A stretch of DNA of 64,000 bases from Patescibacteria group bacterium (GCA_041666325.1 JBAYHC010000003.1:159102-223101), one strand, 5' to 3'. Positions 9,201-18,067 are shown, counted from the first letter of the stretch. Numbers and translations are program-made. The notes: generated from the letters alone by a model not told the origin.

Positions 9201-9901
9201 AGAAATACAAGAACAGACTTGCTGGATTCTGCGAAACGTCGGTAGCCGAGATTACAAGAGAAAGTGCCAATATCAAAGATGAGCCAAGAAGGAAAGCAGC
9301 AGAGCTTCAGGCAAAGATGATCAGTCGTATCCCCGACTCAGTCGGAACAAAAAAGTTTCTTAGTTTGATGGATCAGGTGTCATCGCCCGCAGAACTAAAA
9401 CCCCTGGACAATGATCAGATTATCGCAATGGAACCCGGGCAAGCCAAGCAATATGCTGACCGAATCAGTGGTCAAAACCATGACATTGTAAGAAAATATC
9501 AGGAATTACCAACAAACATTACCAAGAGCTTAACTGGCACCATTGGACCGCTCAAGACCCTGGCAGAGGTTGCCTCGAGCATGCATGACAGCGCCAAAAA
9601 ATCCGAGGGCGATGACCTCGAGGTTATGGGCAGAATCGCAAAGACCTTCGAGGACAGTCTTGGGTCAAACTTTGATATTCAAAGGATAAAGGTCGAACCA
9701 AACCAGACTCCAAACTACGAAAAAATCGAACCTTTTGACATTGCCACCACTGATGACCCGACTAAAAACGAAACAGTAGAGAGCATTGTCTCAGAGGGCT
9801 ATATGTTTAACTCTGAGCTGGCCGGAGTACCTGGTGGCACCATTATCAAGCCCGCCCAAGCGGTCATCTATAAATACCAAGAAGCACCAGCGAGAGCATA
9901 G
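6203..9901 (+). CDS. Giant coiled-coil protein with hydrophobic segments and C-terminal GrpE-like domain, copy 2 (1232 aa)
   Basis: GGAGG SD; N-terminal homology to 3619; C-terminal TVESIVSEGYMF...IIKPAQAVIY. Confidence 0.85.
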   Translation: MTPVGEAGGPMDPSIIGDPSYTVNPDNQTSSPGKTVEVTADASKKTEANTDAEITAPVVEKRKTPERLRTERLGIAGELSKTIKERENRRSEEHWGKGRWGKFKEKLNTTDWGKAIKVAGKVALATTGVLAASTLSGGAGLLLAPLLYSQSLKLGFEGGLEGMQHLLRGRKERLGLEAKKQDFLKKSDERIAKVQAAENEFRIAKGKKDRGEINNEEYQKAVDQYSSQVESLTKSISRLESDYLKKEREYINLENSMKIQRATESTALSATFSLLMGMPLGVQGAGHNVIFAPGHGLHFIYKVGETMSSTGVHAIGTSLTHTVGAIATAASASRAYLGMGLAGAGLLATAGKEILNAKKNHQADKQERGTSLWAEVSNDLKAVGKKETVGQREAEAMAQEGSAETYEPPENLKKFAKKTAEHYKEIGRRTNEIDAEMSSLDEEEQRLKTDPTPTDQSRMRLEAIPAQREKLNNEKEELARETEKIKETAELYNLTVNIAGRITQRKNELNQLARDLSSPATIPLIEKAKAELADLYSLRKETWQKIAEKQRLIDEEAASAAASQTSEQPAQQESSPAPSEADFRKFYRENAAGFAEREKARATGQEPSEEYATFDNIYREIDRAENEMRQKEREINELQNRIDRGEVTATSQVREQLFGLTREYLDADRRRDNQKQLLREIYNQAKGAKSPRQTQATPENRTVTGDQPPILDNARSEGNKTSPELPKFESIDPAQIIRAARDPGVRARVISRLNGANSAESFGSLDGVTALEEAVILDELTNRARALMEDPRLSNATPEAAYDTVVLMLDQPEVEEEVGKEQTTTAEEVPGGQEKTPQPEEAETAEAARMDFVKRAFTDILSDTSYAPERINDVDELRLLFGDPLERGRMQSRKFYYEAYRQATVTLVTTPTRDISRYSAILRNLDEGYRKLLARVESDDRDGGSGSEKSPDEKDAEQGKPLEQGETAEPNAEIKQKFEEQLQKDKRIIAESTERAKGFEKYKNRLAGFCETSVAEITRESANIKDEPRRKAAELQAKMISRIPDSVGTKKFLSLMDQVSSPAELKPLDNDQIIAMEPGQAKQYADRISGQNHDIVRKYQELPTNITKSLTGTIGPLKTLAEVASSMHDSAKKSEGDDLEVMGRIAKTFEDSLGSNFDIQRIKVEPNQTPNYEKIEPFDIATTDDPTKNETVESIVSEGYMFNSELAGVPGGTIIKPAQAVIYKYQEAPARA

Positions 9902-9911
9902 CAAGACTTAA

Positions 9912-9940
9912 CAAAAAATCAGGAATTTCCTGATTTTTTG
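9912..9940. terminator. Bidirectional terminator-like palindrome
   Basis: CAAAAAATCAGGAA-T-TTCCTGATTTTTTG between convergent genes. Confidence 0.75.
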
Positions 9941-10026
9941 GTTTATGGGTAGCTGCATCTCTTTAGCACGGATTATCATCACCACACAGTAGGACACCGC
10001 CCCTGTAGATTTAGGCTATCCGGGTA

Positions 10027-10956
10027 TTAGGCAGTGGCTGTAACCAGCGCCACCCTTTTAGATTTAATAAAGAAAAACCCAACTATTGTGAATGTCAGGG
10101 CCGGCGAGAGCCAGTTTGGTATGTGAAATCCGAAGCTATCAAGCAACATGATAACGCCCAAGAAAAGGATTGAGTACATAGCACCATTTTTCAAGTAAAC
10201 ATACTTCTTGATCCGCTCAATGTTACCCAAAGTAAGCTGGCGAACAACGATTGCACCAAGACCGTTTCCTATCAGGATGAGTGGAACAGACAGCGTGAAG
10301 GCAAATGCGCCCAAGACTCCATCAATCGAGAAGGTGGCATCGATTACTTCAAGGTAAAGAATCTTACTCATATCAGACAGACTGCTACTTTTGTTAAGAA
10401 GCTGCTCCTCCCCCGCTTCGGCATTCTGCTTAAAACCGTGAGTGATAAAAAAGGCTGTTGAACCCACGACTGCTCCGAACGCCATCATCGGATCACTCTG
10501 TAGTGCGTACCAAACAATACAAGCCAAGAGAACTGAGGCAACAGCATAAAACCAAATACCCCTTGAAAAGAAAAACTTCTCATGAGGCAAGCCGAAGTTC
10601 TTCGTCTCCAAAAAAAGCCAATGGAAAAACAGAAAGATTAAGAATGTTCCTCCACCAACCAAAAGAACTGGAGCTGACTTTTCGACTGCTTCCGCTACAC
10701 TTGGATCATTAGAGAAAGCGGCAGTGATAGCACCAACCGGGCCAAGCGAAGGTGTCGTAACCCAAATAATAAGCCAGGGCAAGAGTCCACGAACTAAGAA
10801 AACGGCAAAAATCATGCCCCACAGCAAGAACCAACGTCGCCCTTTTTTGCTCATCGTTCCAAGAACTTCAGCATTGATAATAGCATTGTCAATACTTGAG
10901 ATAGTCTCAAACAAACAAAGCCCGCCAATGATTACAATTGCTGACATTAAACTCAT
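10027..10956 (-). CDS. DUF475/TerC-like integral membrane protein
   Basis: FETISSIDNAIINA and LYLEVIDATFSIDGVLGAFA motifs; many TMs; ATG 10956 after GGAGG. Confidence 0.85.
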   Translation of the reverse strand: MSLMSAIVIIGGLCLFETISSIDNAIINAEVLGTMSKKGRRWFLLWGMIFAVFLVRGLLPWLIIWVTTPSLGPVGAITAAFSNDPSVAEAVEKSAPVLLVGGGTFLIFLFFHWLFLETKNFGLPHEKFFFSRGIWFYAVASVLLACIVWYALQSDPMMAFGAVVGSTAFFITHGFKQNAEAGEEQLLNKSSSLSDMSKILYLEVIDATFSIDGVLGAFAFTLSVPLILIGNGLGAIVVRQLTLGNIERIKKYVYLKNGAMYSILFLGVIMLLDSFGFHIPNWLSPALTFTIVGFFFIKSKRVALVTATA

Positions 10957-11059
10957 CTGACCTCCCACAAAATTAAGTTACCTTGAAGCAGTTATTTCCT
11001 TGCTATTCGCTGACGCTTGCCGCAAACAAAAAGAGGGAAAACGCATTACTACTTTCCAT

Positions 11060-11096
11060 ATTATAACAAATAAATCAGGAATCTTCCTGATTTATT
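11060..11096 (-). promoter_or_regulatory. Extended -10 promoter with adjacent 13-bp palindrome
   Basis: TGtTATAAT (11068-11060); AATAAATCAGGAA-TC-TTCCTGATTTATT at 11069-11096. Confidence 0.55.
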
Positions 11097-11300
11097 ACAA
11101 GATGTGACAACGCCCGATAGAGCTTGCCCCGATCTTGATCCGGGAGCGACAAGGCACCCGCCTGCGAAAGCTAGTGCTTTAGCACTTGCGGGCAAGTAAT
11201 ATAAGGTATTGACCTGGTCTAATACCGCGAGGCTTCCGGCCCTGGCGATACCGAAAGCGAGACGGGCGCTCTGGGGTCAATACCTTTTATTTTGGCATTA

Positions 11301-11378
11301 TGGTCGGGGAGAGAGGATTCGAACCTCCGATCTCAGGACCCCCAGCCCTGCGCATTAACCAGACTATGCTACTCCCCG
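11301..11378 (-). tRNA. tRNA-Pro(GGG)
   Basis: CGGGGAG acceptor stem, CT-GGG-GG anticodon loop, GGTTCGAATCC, encoded CCA. Confidence 0.95.
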
Positions 11379-11380
11379 GC

Positions 11381-11570
11381 AGAGCTTGTTTAACAACTAT
11401 TCCCGAAGGAAGAAGTGAGCAAATTTCGAGCCCCACCAAGGGGCCCCTCTGTGGGGCGAAAAACAGGAATTGTAAGGAGAGCTAGCCAAAGCTAACCTGA
11501 TGAGCAATTCGTGTTTTGCCACCGAAATTTGCCGCTTGTAACTATCAGATGCGATTGTTAAACAAGCTCT
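11381..11570. mobile_element. 190-bp element with 16-bp terminal inverted repeats (MITE-like; 6S-like RNA is an alternative)
   Basis: AGAGCTTGTTTAACAA ... TTGTTAAACAAGCTCT with nested internal inverted repeats. Confidence 0.55.
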
Positions 11571-11959
11571 AACTCCGCCGAGACAAAATTGGCCGAAAAA
11601 GCCCAAGTGGGTAACCTCACGACCTGACCACGGTCAAATCAAATATTGGTCCAAGCTCCAATATATTGGAGCCAGCCCCAAGGGGACCCGAATATAAAAT
11701 GTTCGCCCAATTTTGACCTCAAGCGGAGCAGACCCATATTATCATATTTTGAGGTAATTAACAGCACGACAAGATGAAGCTCCAAACAAAGAGGTTGCAC
11801 TGCGTCTAGTCTGTAGACTCCTCGAAACATTGGGATTTCACGATGTTAATTGCCATTTCTGGGCTTTTTGGTACAATGGATTCAAAGTACAAGAATGCTT
11901 TTTTCTTTAGCGCAATAAGAAGCGTGTCGATATTCAGTTTGATGGTTAAAAAACTCCTT

Positions 11960-14170
11960 ATGTCAAAAACTGATCTTTACGTTCGACCAGCCTTCATAGC
12001 AACGAACGAAAAACTTCCAGATCGGTCCCTATTTGTTGGAAAAGTTGAACGACCCAACCTAGTTGGTGGTTTTTATTTTTATTTAATAGAAATTCTCTCC
12101 CCGCTCACACCGGCATCCAAGATAAAAAAGATTATTACCCACATATTAGAAAAGTCTGATCCTCCAGACGATCCCAATCTGCGCGAAGTTGTGTTCGAGG
12201 ATACTGTGGCGAAAATTAATGAATCACTCGAAGATCTGGCAAAAGAGGGAGAGCGAGACTGGGTCGGAAATTTTAACGCCGTCCTCGGCATAGTCTGCAA
12301 AGGGCACATTACAATATCGCAATCTGGCGGAGCCTCAGGGTACATATTTCGAAAAGGAACAATTTCAAGTATTACAGAAAAGTCCTCACCCGAGACACCT
12401 TCTTCGGCTGTCAATGTATTTTCAGAGATTACAAGTGGAACTCTCATTAACAACGATCGCCTTATTTTTGGAAGCACTGAGCTCTACAACCATCTCTCGC
12501 TAGACCGGCTACGACGCCTAAGCGAGAAAGTCCCTGCTCCGCTTGCAGCCACCGAGATAGCAAAATACCTAAAACGATCGAAGGTATTGATGGCAAATGC
12601 GGTCATAATTGAAGTTTGCGACCGAGAAGCAATCGAAAATGAAACGCTAGAAGCACAGCAAGAAGTAATCTATCTCGACGAACCAGGGATAGACCTCATT
12701 TCAGTAGTCAAGAAAAACTTATATCCCCTGTCACAAAAGGTTTTATCACACTCACGAGCAGCCGGAAGCGTCCTGGCTAAAAAGAGTAATGTCGTTCTCA
12801 AAAAATCCAAGGAAAACTGGCGAAGCAATTATGCTCCCCTAACCCAAAAAATACTGGACCACGGCAAATCCCAACTAGGAAACACACTGAATAATCTCAG
12901 CAAATCAGCAAAACCGGCTCTAGGCGGGACCCTGCAGAAAATAAAGCAGGACAAGGTGTACAAAAAAGCCACAATAAAAATTATACCGTACACGCAGAGA
13001 ACAAAAGACAGAGCCAATGGTACCACGAAAATAATTATCAGCCTTACCCAACGACTATTGCTTCGCGAAAACCGCAAGTACCTATACCTTGCCCTTATCC
13101 TAAGCTTCCTTTTCTTCGGCTATGTTAAGATACGAGCGAACAACCAGGATCTGGTCAAGGTAAATGAGGAAAAAAGTATAGTTTCTTCGTTTGATGAAGC
13201 ACAGAGCACCTTCGCCAAAGCCAAAGAAGATGTGGCCCTTGGTCGAGGCGATGGCGTGGACAAATATCAGCAAGCACTATCACTGGCTCAAAATGCCCTT
13301 AAATCAGATGTATCAAAGAACGAATCCGACAACTTGATTAAAGAAATTCAGAACTCCATCGATGTAGCGACAAAAACAACGCGACTCGCAAACACATCTG
13401 CACTCTTCAAGCTTGCGCCAGATATTCAACAGATTGCTCTTGTTGGTACAGAAATTTACGGGGCTGACTCGGAGGGAAAAATATTTGTTGCAGACACAAG
13501 AGACAAAGATGTCAGGCTTATTGCGTCAATTGGGAGGGACAACGGATCAGTAATTGATGCGACTTATGTCGAGTCCTCAAATAAAATCGTTTTTTACACC
13601 GACCAGAAAAAGGTTCTTGCACTGAATCCCACAACAAAAACAGTCGAAAATATCGCAATTGTAGAAAACCCTAACGAATGGGAAGATACTATATCGATTT
13701 CCAGTTATGTATCAAATATCTATCTCCTGGATTCAAGCAAAGGAACCGTCTGGAAACACCTAGCCAGAGATGGCGGATATTCAAAGGGAAGCAACTATGC
13801 CGATAGCAAAAAAGTTAGTCTCGCTGATGCCATAGATATTGCAGTCGACGGTGACATTTTTGCACTAAAAAAAGACTCAACCCTAGTTAAATTTATCAAG
13901 GGATCATATGATCCAACGTTTTCGCTCAAAAACATTCCGAAGCCGCACCAAAAAATTGAGGAGCCCGCAGAATTACACACCGATGCCGATTCCTCGAGTA
14001 TATTTATTCTCGACAAGAAGTTAAATAGAATCCTTCGCTTTGACAAGAGCGGTGAGTTCACAAACCAATATATACTCGACGGAATAGCAACAGAGCACTT
14101 TGTTGTTAACCCTCGCCTGCAAAAAATATGGTCGCTCTCCGATGGACAGATATTTGAAATAAATCTCTAG
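11960..14170 (+). CDS. Membrane protein: PP2C-like N-domain, single TM, NHL/beta-propeller C-domain
   Basis: SGGASGYIFRKG, FSEITSG..NDRLIFGS; TM LYLALILSFLFFGYV; NIYLLDS, DIAVDGDIF, IFILDKKLNRI repeats; start uncertain. Confidence 0.75.
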   Translation: MSKTDLYVRPAFIATNEKLPDRSLFVGKVERPNLVGGFYFYLIEILSPLTPASKIKKIITHILEKSDPPDDPNLREVVFEDTVAKINESLEDLAKEGERDWVGNFNAVLGIVCKGHITISQSGGASGYIFRKGTISSITEKSSPETPSSAVNVFSEITSGTLINNDRLIFGSTELYNHLSLDRLRRLSEKVPAPLAATEIAKYLKRSKVLMANAVIIEVCDREAIENETLEAQQEVIYLDEPGIDLISVVKKNLYPLSQKVLSHSRAAGSVLAKKSNVVLKKSKENWRSNYAPLTQKILDHGKSQLGNTLNNLSKSAKPALGGTLQKIKQDKVYKKATIKIIPYTQRTKDRANGTTKIIISLTQRLLLRENRKYLYLALILSFLFFGYVKIRANNQDLVKVNEEKSIVSSFDEAQSTFAKAKEDVALGRGDGVDKYQQALSLAQNALKSDVSKNESDNLIKEIQNSIDVATKTTRLANTSALFKLAPDIQQIALVGTEIYGADSEGKIFVADTRDKDVRLIASIGRDNGSVIDATYVESSNKIVFYTDQKKVLALNPTTKTVENIAIVENPNEWEDTISISSYVSNIYLLDSSKGTVWKHLARDGGYSKGSNYADSKKVSLADAIDIAVDGDIFALKKDSTLVKFIKGSYDPTFSLKNIPKPHQKIEEPAELHTDADSSSIFILDKKLNRILRFDKSGEFTNQYILDGIATEHFVVNPRLQKIWSLSDGQIFEINL

Positions 14171-14297
14171 TCCTCACCATTGACAGTTCGACTATTACAA
14201 GATAAAAGTAGTGTGACACGATTCAGGGCGCTGTAAAAGATGTGACCATGTTTTTTGTAGTTGCGGAAAAACAATTATCTGTAAGCAAAGGAGTTTC

Positions 14298-15032
14298 ATG
14301 AAATCGACATCCACGATTGTAATGGTCATAGTTATCGTGGCCATTGGGTTGGGAGGACTGTATTATAGCTTTAATCAGCAGCTATTCAAACAGAAACGAG
14401 AGTTATCCGACCAAGTAGTTGACCTAAAAACAAAGGTGACTGACCTTGAAAAAAATGCAACGGAGGTTAACAAGAGCATCAAGGCGCAAACTAGCACAAC
14501 CCCAACCAGTACAGAAAGTATAGCAACACCAGCAAGCAGCGGACAGACAGCAACAAAAACTCCTACATCTGGATCTCAAGCCAGCCAAACTGCACAAACC
14601 GATTCCAAGGACTGGAAAACTTTCTCAAGCGCTAAATACAATTACTCTGTTAAATACCCTAATGACTGGGAATACAAGGATATTACCAGCGGAAATTCAA
14701 TGAATGCAGTTGGTTTTCGCCCGAAGAACCTCAAAGAAGATACTCTATTTAACGTCGCCATAGAAAAAAGCAATCTTGATTACAGCATCGCTCTGGTCAA
14801 GAAAGAATTGGGAGGCAACAGTACATACAAAAGCAAGACCGCATCCACTCTAAACGGACAAGAATTCACAGTCCTGAATTTCGAAAGCAAAACCGACAGC
14901 AAAGTGAAGCCAGCGGTTTACCTCCTCGCTAAAGATGACCTGGTTTATCGCTTTACTGCCGGCACAAGCAGCGACAGCGCAATAAATTCTACTGTGGCAA
15001 CAATGATCAACACATTTCAACTGGCAAAGTAA
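14298..15032 (+). CDS. Membrane-anchored exported protein with S/T linker and PsbP-like domain
   Basis: N-terminal TM; DWKTFSSAKYNYSVKYPNDW; AAGGAG SD. Confidence 0.75.
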   Translation: MKSTSTIVMVIVIVAIGLGGLYYSFNQQLFKQKRELSDQVVDLKTKVTDLEKNATEVNKSIKAQTSTTPTSTESIATPASSGQTATKTPTSGSQASQTAQTDSKDWKTFSSAKYNYSVKYPNDWEYKDITSGNSMNAVGFRPKNLKEDTLFNVAIEKSNLDYSIALVKKELGGNSTYKSKTASTLNGQEFTVLNFESKTDSKVKPAVYLLAKDDLVYRFTAGTSSDSAINSTVATMINTFQLAK

Positions 15033-15167
15033 AAACGATAAATACCAGGTCCCTCACTCTTTGTTCAGATAATTGTCAAGACAACCGAAAAATCAGCACA
15101 GAGGATAAAGGCTTCTCGCAGACACTGACTCTACGGATATTTGCATCTTGCAACAAGACGAAATGCA

Positions 15168-15207
15168 ACAATAACAAAATGCCTCAATTGAGGCATTTTG
15201 TTATTGT
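15168..15207. terminator. Bidirectional terminator (40-bp perfect palindrome)
   Basis: ACAATAACAAAATGCCTCAATTGAGGCATTTTGTTATTGT between convergent genes. Confidence 0.8.
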
Positions 15208-15210
15208 GAG

Positions 15211-16878
15211 TTACATTCTGTCTGGAGCACTTATACCAAGTATAAATAGAGCATTACGCAAAACGTATTTAGTTGCCTGAATCAGCGAAAGACGTGCCCC
15301 CATCAACTGTTTGTCCTCCGTGATTACTTGGCAATTGGTGTAAAAGTTATGAAAAAGTGTTGCAATGCGATAGGCATAATGGGGGATCGACTGAACCTGA
15401 AAATCGCTCAGTGTCTCTTCAAGTAATTCGGGAAACTTCACCAACTCTTTGTAGAGAGCGATTTCTTCTGGACTCCTTAGCAAGGATAAATCTGCAGCAT
15501 TCGAGGAACCTTCAGCGGGTATACTCTCCCCTGCCTTGTTTAGGATTCCCGCAATCCTAGCATGTGCATATTTAATGTAATACACAGGATTCTTATCCGA
15601 AGTATCTTTTGCCAATTCTATATCAAAGTCAAAGGGGGTATTTGGGTTTTGCGATAAAATAAAGTATTTGAAAACATCCGGATCCACCCCCTCTTCTATG
15701 ATTTCTCTTAAGGTGACAAAATTTCCGAATCTCTTACCCATTTTAACCGACTGCCCACCGCTCTTGAGTCGAACATACTGATACAGGATAATGTGCAAGC
15801 TGTCCCCAGGGTGTCCCAAAGCTTCGACAGCAGCCTTCAAACGAGGAATATGGCCATGATGATTCGCACCCCAGACATCAACAATAACCTCATAACCTCG
15901 ATCAAATTTATTTTTATGATAAGCAATATCGTCAGCAAAATATGTATAGCTCCCCCCTTCATCGCTCTTCCGAAGTACACTTTCCCTGTCTTGCAATTCC
16001 GGATCATCTGGTCGCTTAAACCAAAGTGCGCCCTCCTTGCTTACGGTTGCTCCGCTATCGCCGAGGGCCTTAATAACTCTATCTGTGCTGCCGTCAATTT
16101 CGTAAGTGCTCTGGCAGGCCCAATTATCAAAGTTAACATCAATCAGTTTACAATCAGCCTTAATGTTATCGACAATATTTCTCAGTCCCTCTCTTTTGAA
16201 AAACTGCAATAGCTCAGTTTCATCTTTTAAGCTGGCAAGCTCTTTCGCTTCTTTCTCCTGAATTTCTTCCGAGAGAAGCTTGATGTACTCTCCGGGATAT
16301 CCGCCCTCAGGGAAAGTGATCTTGTCGTCAAACTTAATCTCGTACCAATAATAGAGTGAGCGAGCAAATCGATCCACCTGGCCACCGATGTCGTTGATGT
16401 AGAACTCTCGCGTCACATCATAGTTAAAATTTGAGAACAAGTTAGAGATAGCTTCTCCGATAGGGCCCCCGCGTGCATTACCGATGTGCAATGGTCCAGT
16501 GGGATTAGCCGAAACATATTCGATATTAGCCTTGGCACCTTTTCCTAAATCAATTTGACCATATGACTCTTTTTGCTCAAGGATTTTTCCAATTTCTTCG
16601 AAATAGAACTCGTCTGACACGGTAATATTAATAAACCCGGGGCCAGCCAACTCAGCCCTGCTAATATAAGAAGATTTTTTAATCTCGATGATTACATTAT
16701 CAGCAACTTCGCGTGGCAATAATTCTGGTCTAAGTTGGCTAATTAGGAGAGCGATATTCGTAGCAAAATCACCCCACTCCTTTTTAGGAGGTTCACTTAA
16801 ACTAAAAGAAGCTGGAATATCGTAGCCAGCATGCGAAGCAGCCTTAATAATCTCTTTTCTGGCAATATCTTTAATCAT
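15211..16878 (-). CDS. argS: Arginine--tRNA ligase
   Basis: EYVSANPTGPLHIGNARG, WGANHHG, NPVYYIKYAHARI, GISAPDRM. Confidence 0.97.
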   Translation of the reverse strand: MIKDIARKEIIKAASHAGYDIPASFSLSEPPKKEWGDFATNIALLISQLRPELLPREVADNVIIEIKKSSYISRAELAGPGFINITVSDEFYFEEIGKILEQKESYGQIDLGKGAKANIEYVSANPTGPLHIGNARGGPIGEAISNLFSNFNYDVTREFYINDIGGQVDRFARSLYYWYEIKFDDKITFPEGGYPGEYIKLLSEEIQEKEAKELASLKDETELLQFFKREGLRNIVDNIKADCKLIDVNFDNWACQSTYEIDGSTDRVIKALGDSGATVSKEGALWFKRPDDPELQDRESVLRKSDEGGSYTYFADDIAYHKNKFDRGYEVIVDVWGANHHGHIPRLKAAVEALGHPGDSLHIILYQYVRLKSGGQSVKMGKRFGNFVTLREIIEEGVDPDVFKYFILSQNPNTPFDFDIELAKDTSDKNPVYYIKYAHARIAGILNKAGESIPAEGSSNAADLSLLRSPEEIALYKELVKFPELLEETLSDFQVQSIPHYAYRIATLFHNFYTNCQVITEDKQLMGARLSLIQATKYVLRNALFILGISAPDRM

Positions 16879-16888
16879 ACGACAAACA

Positions 16889-18067
16889 TTAATCCGCAGT
16901 TACTTTATAAGCTTTTTTCTTGCCAACTTGAAGAATCATTCCGTCCCGAATTGCTATCACACTACTCGGATCTGAAACTTTTGCACCGTCTACCTTGAGA
17001 CCGCCCTGGACAACAAGTCTTCTGGCCTCAGATTTGGAATTCGTCGCACCTAGAGCTATCAGGAGCATTGGCGGTTCGTAGTTCCCCTCTGCGAGCTCTA
17101 CTGGCGCAAGATCTGTCGGCAGCTCTTTGTTGCTAAAGACTCGAACAAACTCTTCCTCTGCCTTCAATGAATCTTCTGGGCTATGATAAATCGAGACAAT
17201 CTCGCGAGCCAGGGCCATCTTTGCCCCCCTTGGGTTCTGTCCGGCGTCCAGAGTCGACTTGATCGACGCAATTTCATCCTCATTCTTCCCCGTACATAAC
17301 TCAAAGTATGGGACGATCAAGCTATCGGGTACAGACATAACCTTACCGTACATCGTATTGGGTTCTTCGTTGACAGATATGTAATTACCGGCCGATTTGC
17401 TCATCTTTATCTTTCCGTCTGTCCCAACAAGCAATCTCGTGGTAACGATATCCTGAGGACGTTGTCCAACTTTCTTTTGCAGGTCGCGCCCGGCCAGCAA
17501 ATTAAAGATCTGGTCACTTCCGCCGAATTCAACGTCGGCCTCCAATGCGACAGAATCGTAGGCTTGCATTAGAGGATAAAGCATCTCATGCAGAGCAATA
17601 TCAGAACCATCTTCGAGTCTCTTTCGAAAATCTTCTCGCTCAATAATTTGAGCAACGGTAAATTTTCCAGCCAGCAGCAAGACATCATTGAATGTCAGCT
17701 TTGACAACCATTCGGAGTTATATCGAACTTCAGTCTTCTCTACATTGAGAATTTTTCCAACCTGGCTTAAATAGGTTTTTGCATTTTCCTTGATCTCCTC
17801 ATCTGAGAGAATAGGACGAGTAGTATTCCTGCCGGAGGGATCACCAATTTTGGTCGTATAGTCTCCAATTAAAAAAATGATCGTATGACCGTCATCTTGG
17901 AGCTCTTTTAATTTCCATAAAACAACTGCATGCCCCAAATGGATATCAGGTCTCGTCGGATCAACACCATATTTAATTCTGAGTTTGTCGCCCTTTTCCA
18001 GCCTCGCCCTGAGGGACTCTTCGCTGATAACCTTGTCAATTCCTCTTCCAAAAAAATCTTTTCGCAT
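16889..18067 (-). CDS. tyrS: Tyrosine--tRNA ligase
   Basis: GVDPTRPDIHLGH, YPLMQAYD, KMSKS, C-terminal S4 domain. Confidence 0.97.
   Translation of the reverse strand: MRKDFFGRGIDKVISEESLRARLEKGDKLRIKYGVDPTRPDIHLGHAVVLWKLKELQDDGHTIIFLIGDYTTKIGDPSGRNTTRPILSDEEIKENAKTYLSQVGKILNVEKTEVRYNSEWLSKLTFNDVLLLAGKFTVAQIIEREDFRKRLEDGSDIALHEMLYPLMQAYDSVALEADVEFGGSDQIFNLLAGRDLQKKVGQRPQDIVTTRLLVGTDGKIKMSKSAGNYISVNEEPNTMYGKVMSVPDSLIVPYFELCTGKNEDEIASIKSTLDAGQNPRGAKMALAREIVSIYHSPEDSLKAEEEFVRVFSNKELPTDLAPVELAEGNYEPPMLLIALGATNSKSEARRLVVQGGLKVDGAKVSDPSSVIAIRDGMILQVGKKKAYKVTAD

Noticed and set aside
3525-9276. Antisense Ser/Phe/Leu-rich ORFs
   Set aside because: Mirror images of K/E-rich sense codons
3243-9901. 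Prophage tail assembly chaperone + tape measure interpretation
   Set aside because: No capsid, terminase, tail tube or integrase genes nearby, and no tape-measure aromatic periodicity evident
10985-11058. yybP-ykoY Mn riboswitch upstream of the TerC-like gene
   Set aside because: Only loose GGAAAGTAG and AGCAAG similarity; the -10 at 11060-11065 would start transcription inside the motif
11203-11286. SRP 4.5S RNA or twister ribozyme
   Set aside because: CAGGGCCGGAAG is present but the required GxAGCAG half is missing; twister pseudoknots cannot be formed
11498-11535. Hammerhead ribozyme (CTGATGAG...GAAA)
   Set aside because: Extra bases separate stem II from GAAA and there is no stem I; both motifs are explained by the rod's inverted repeats
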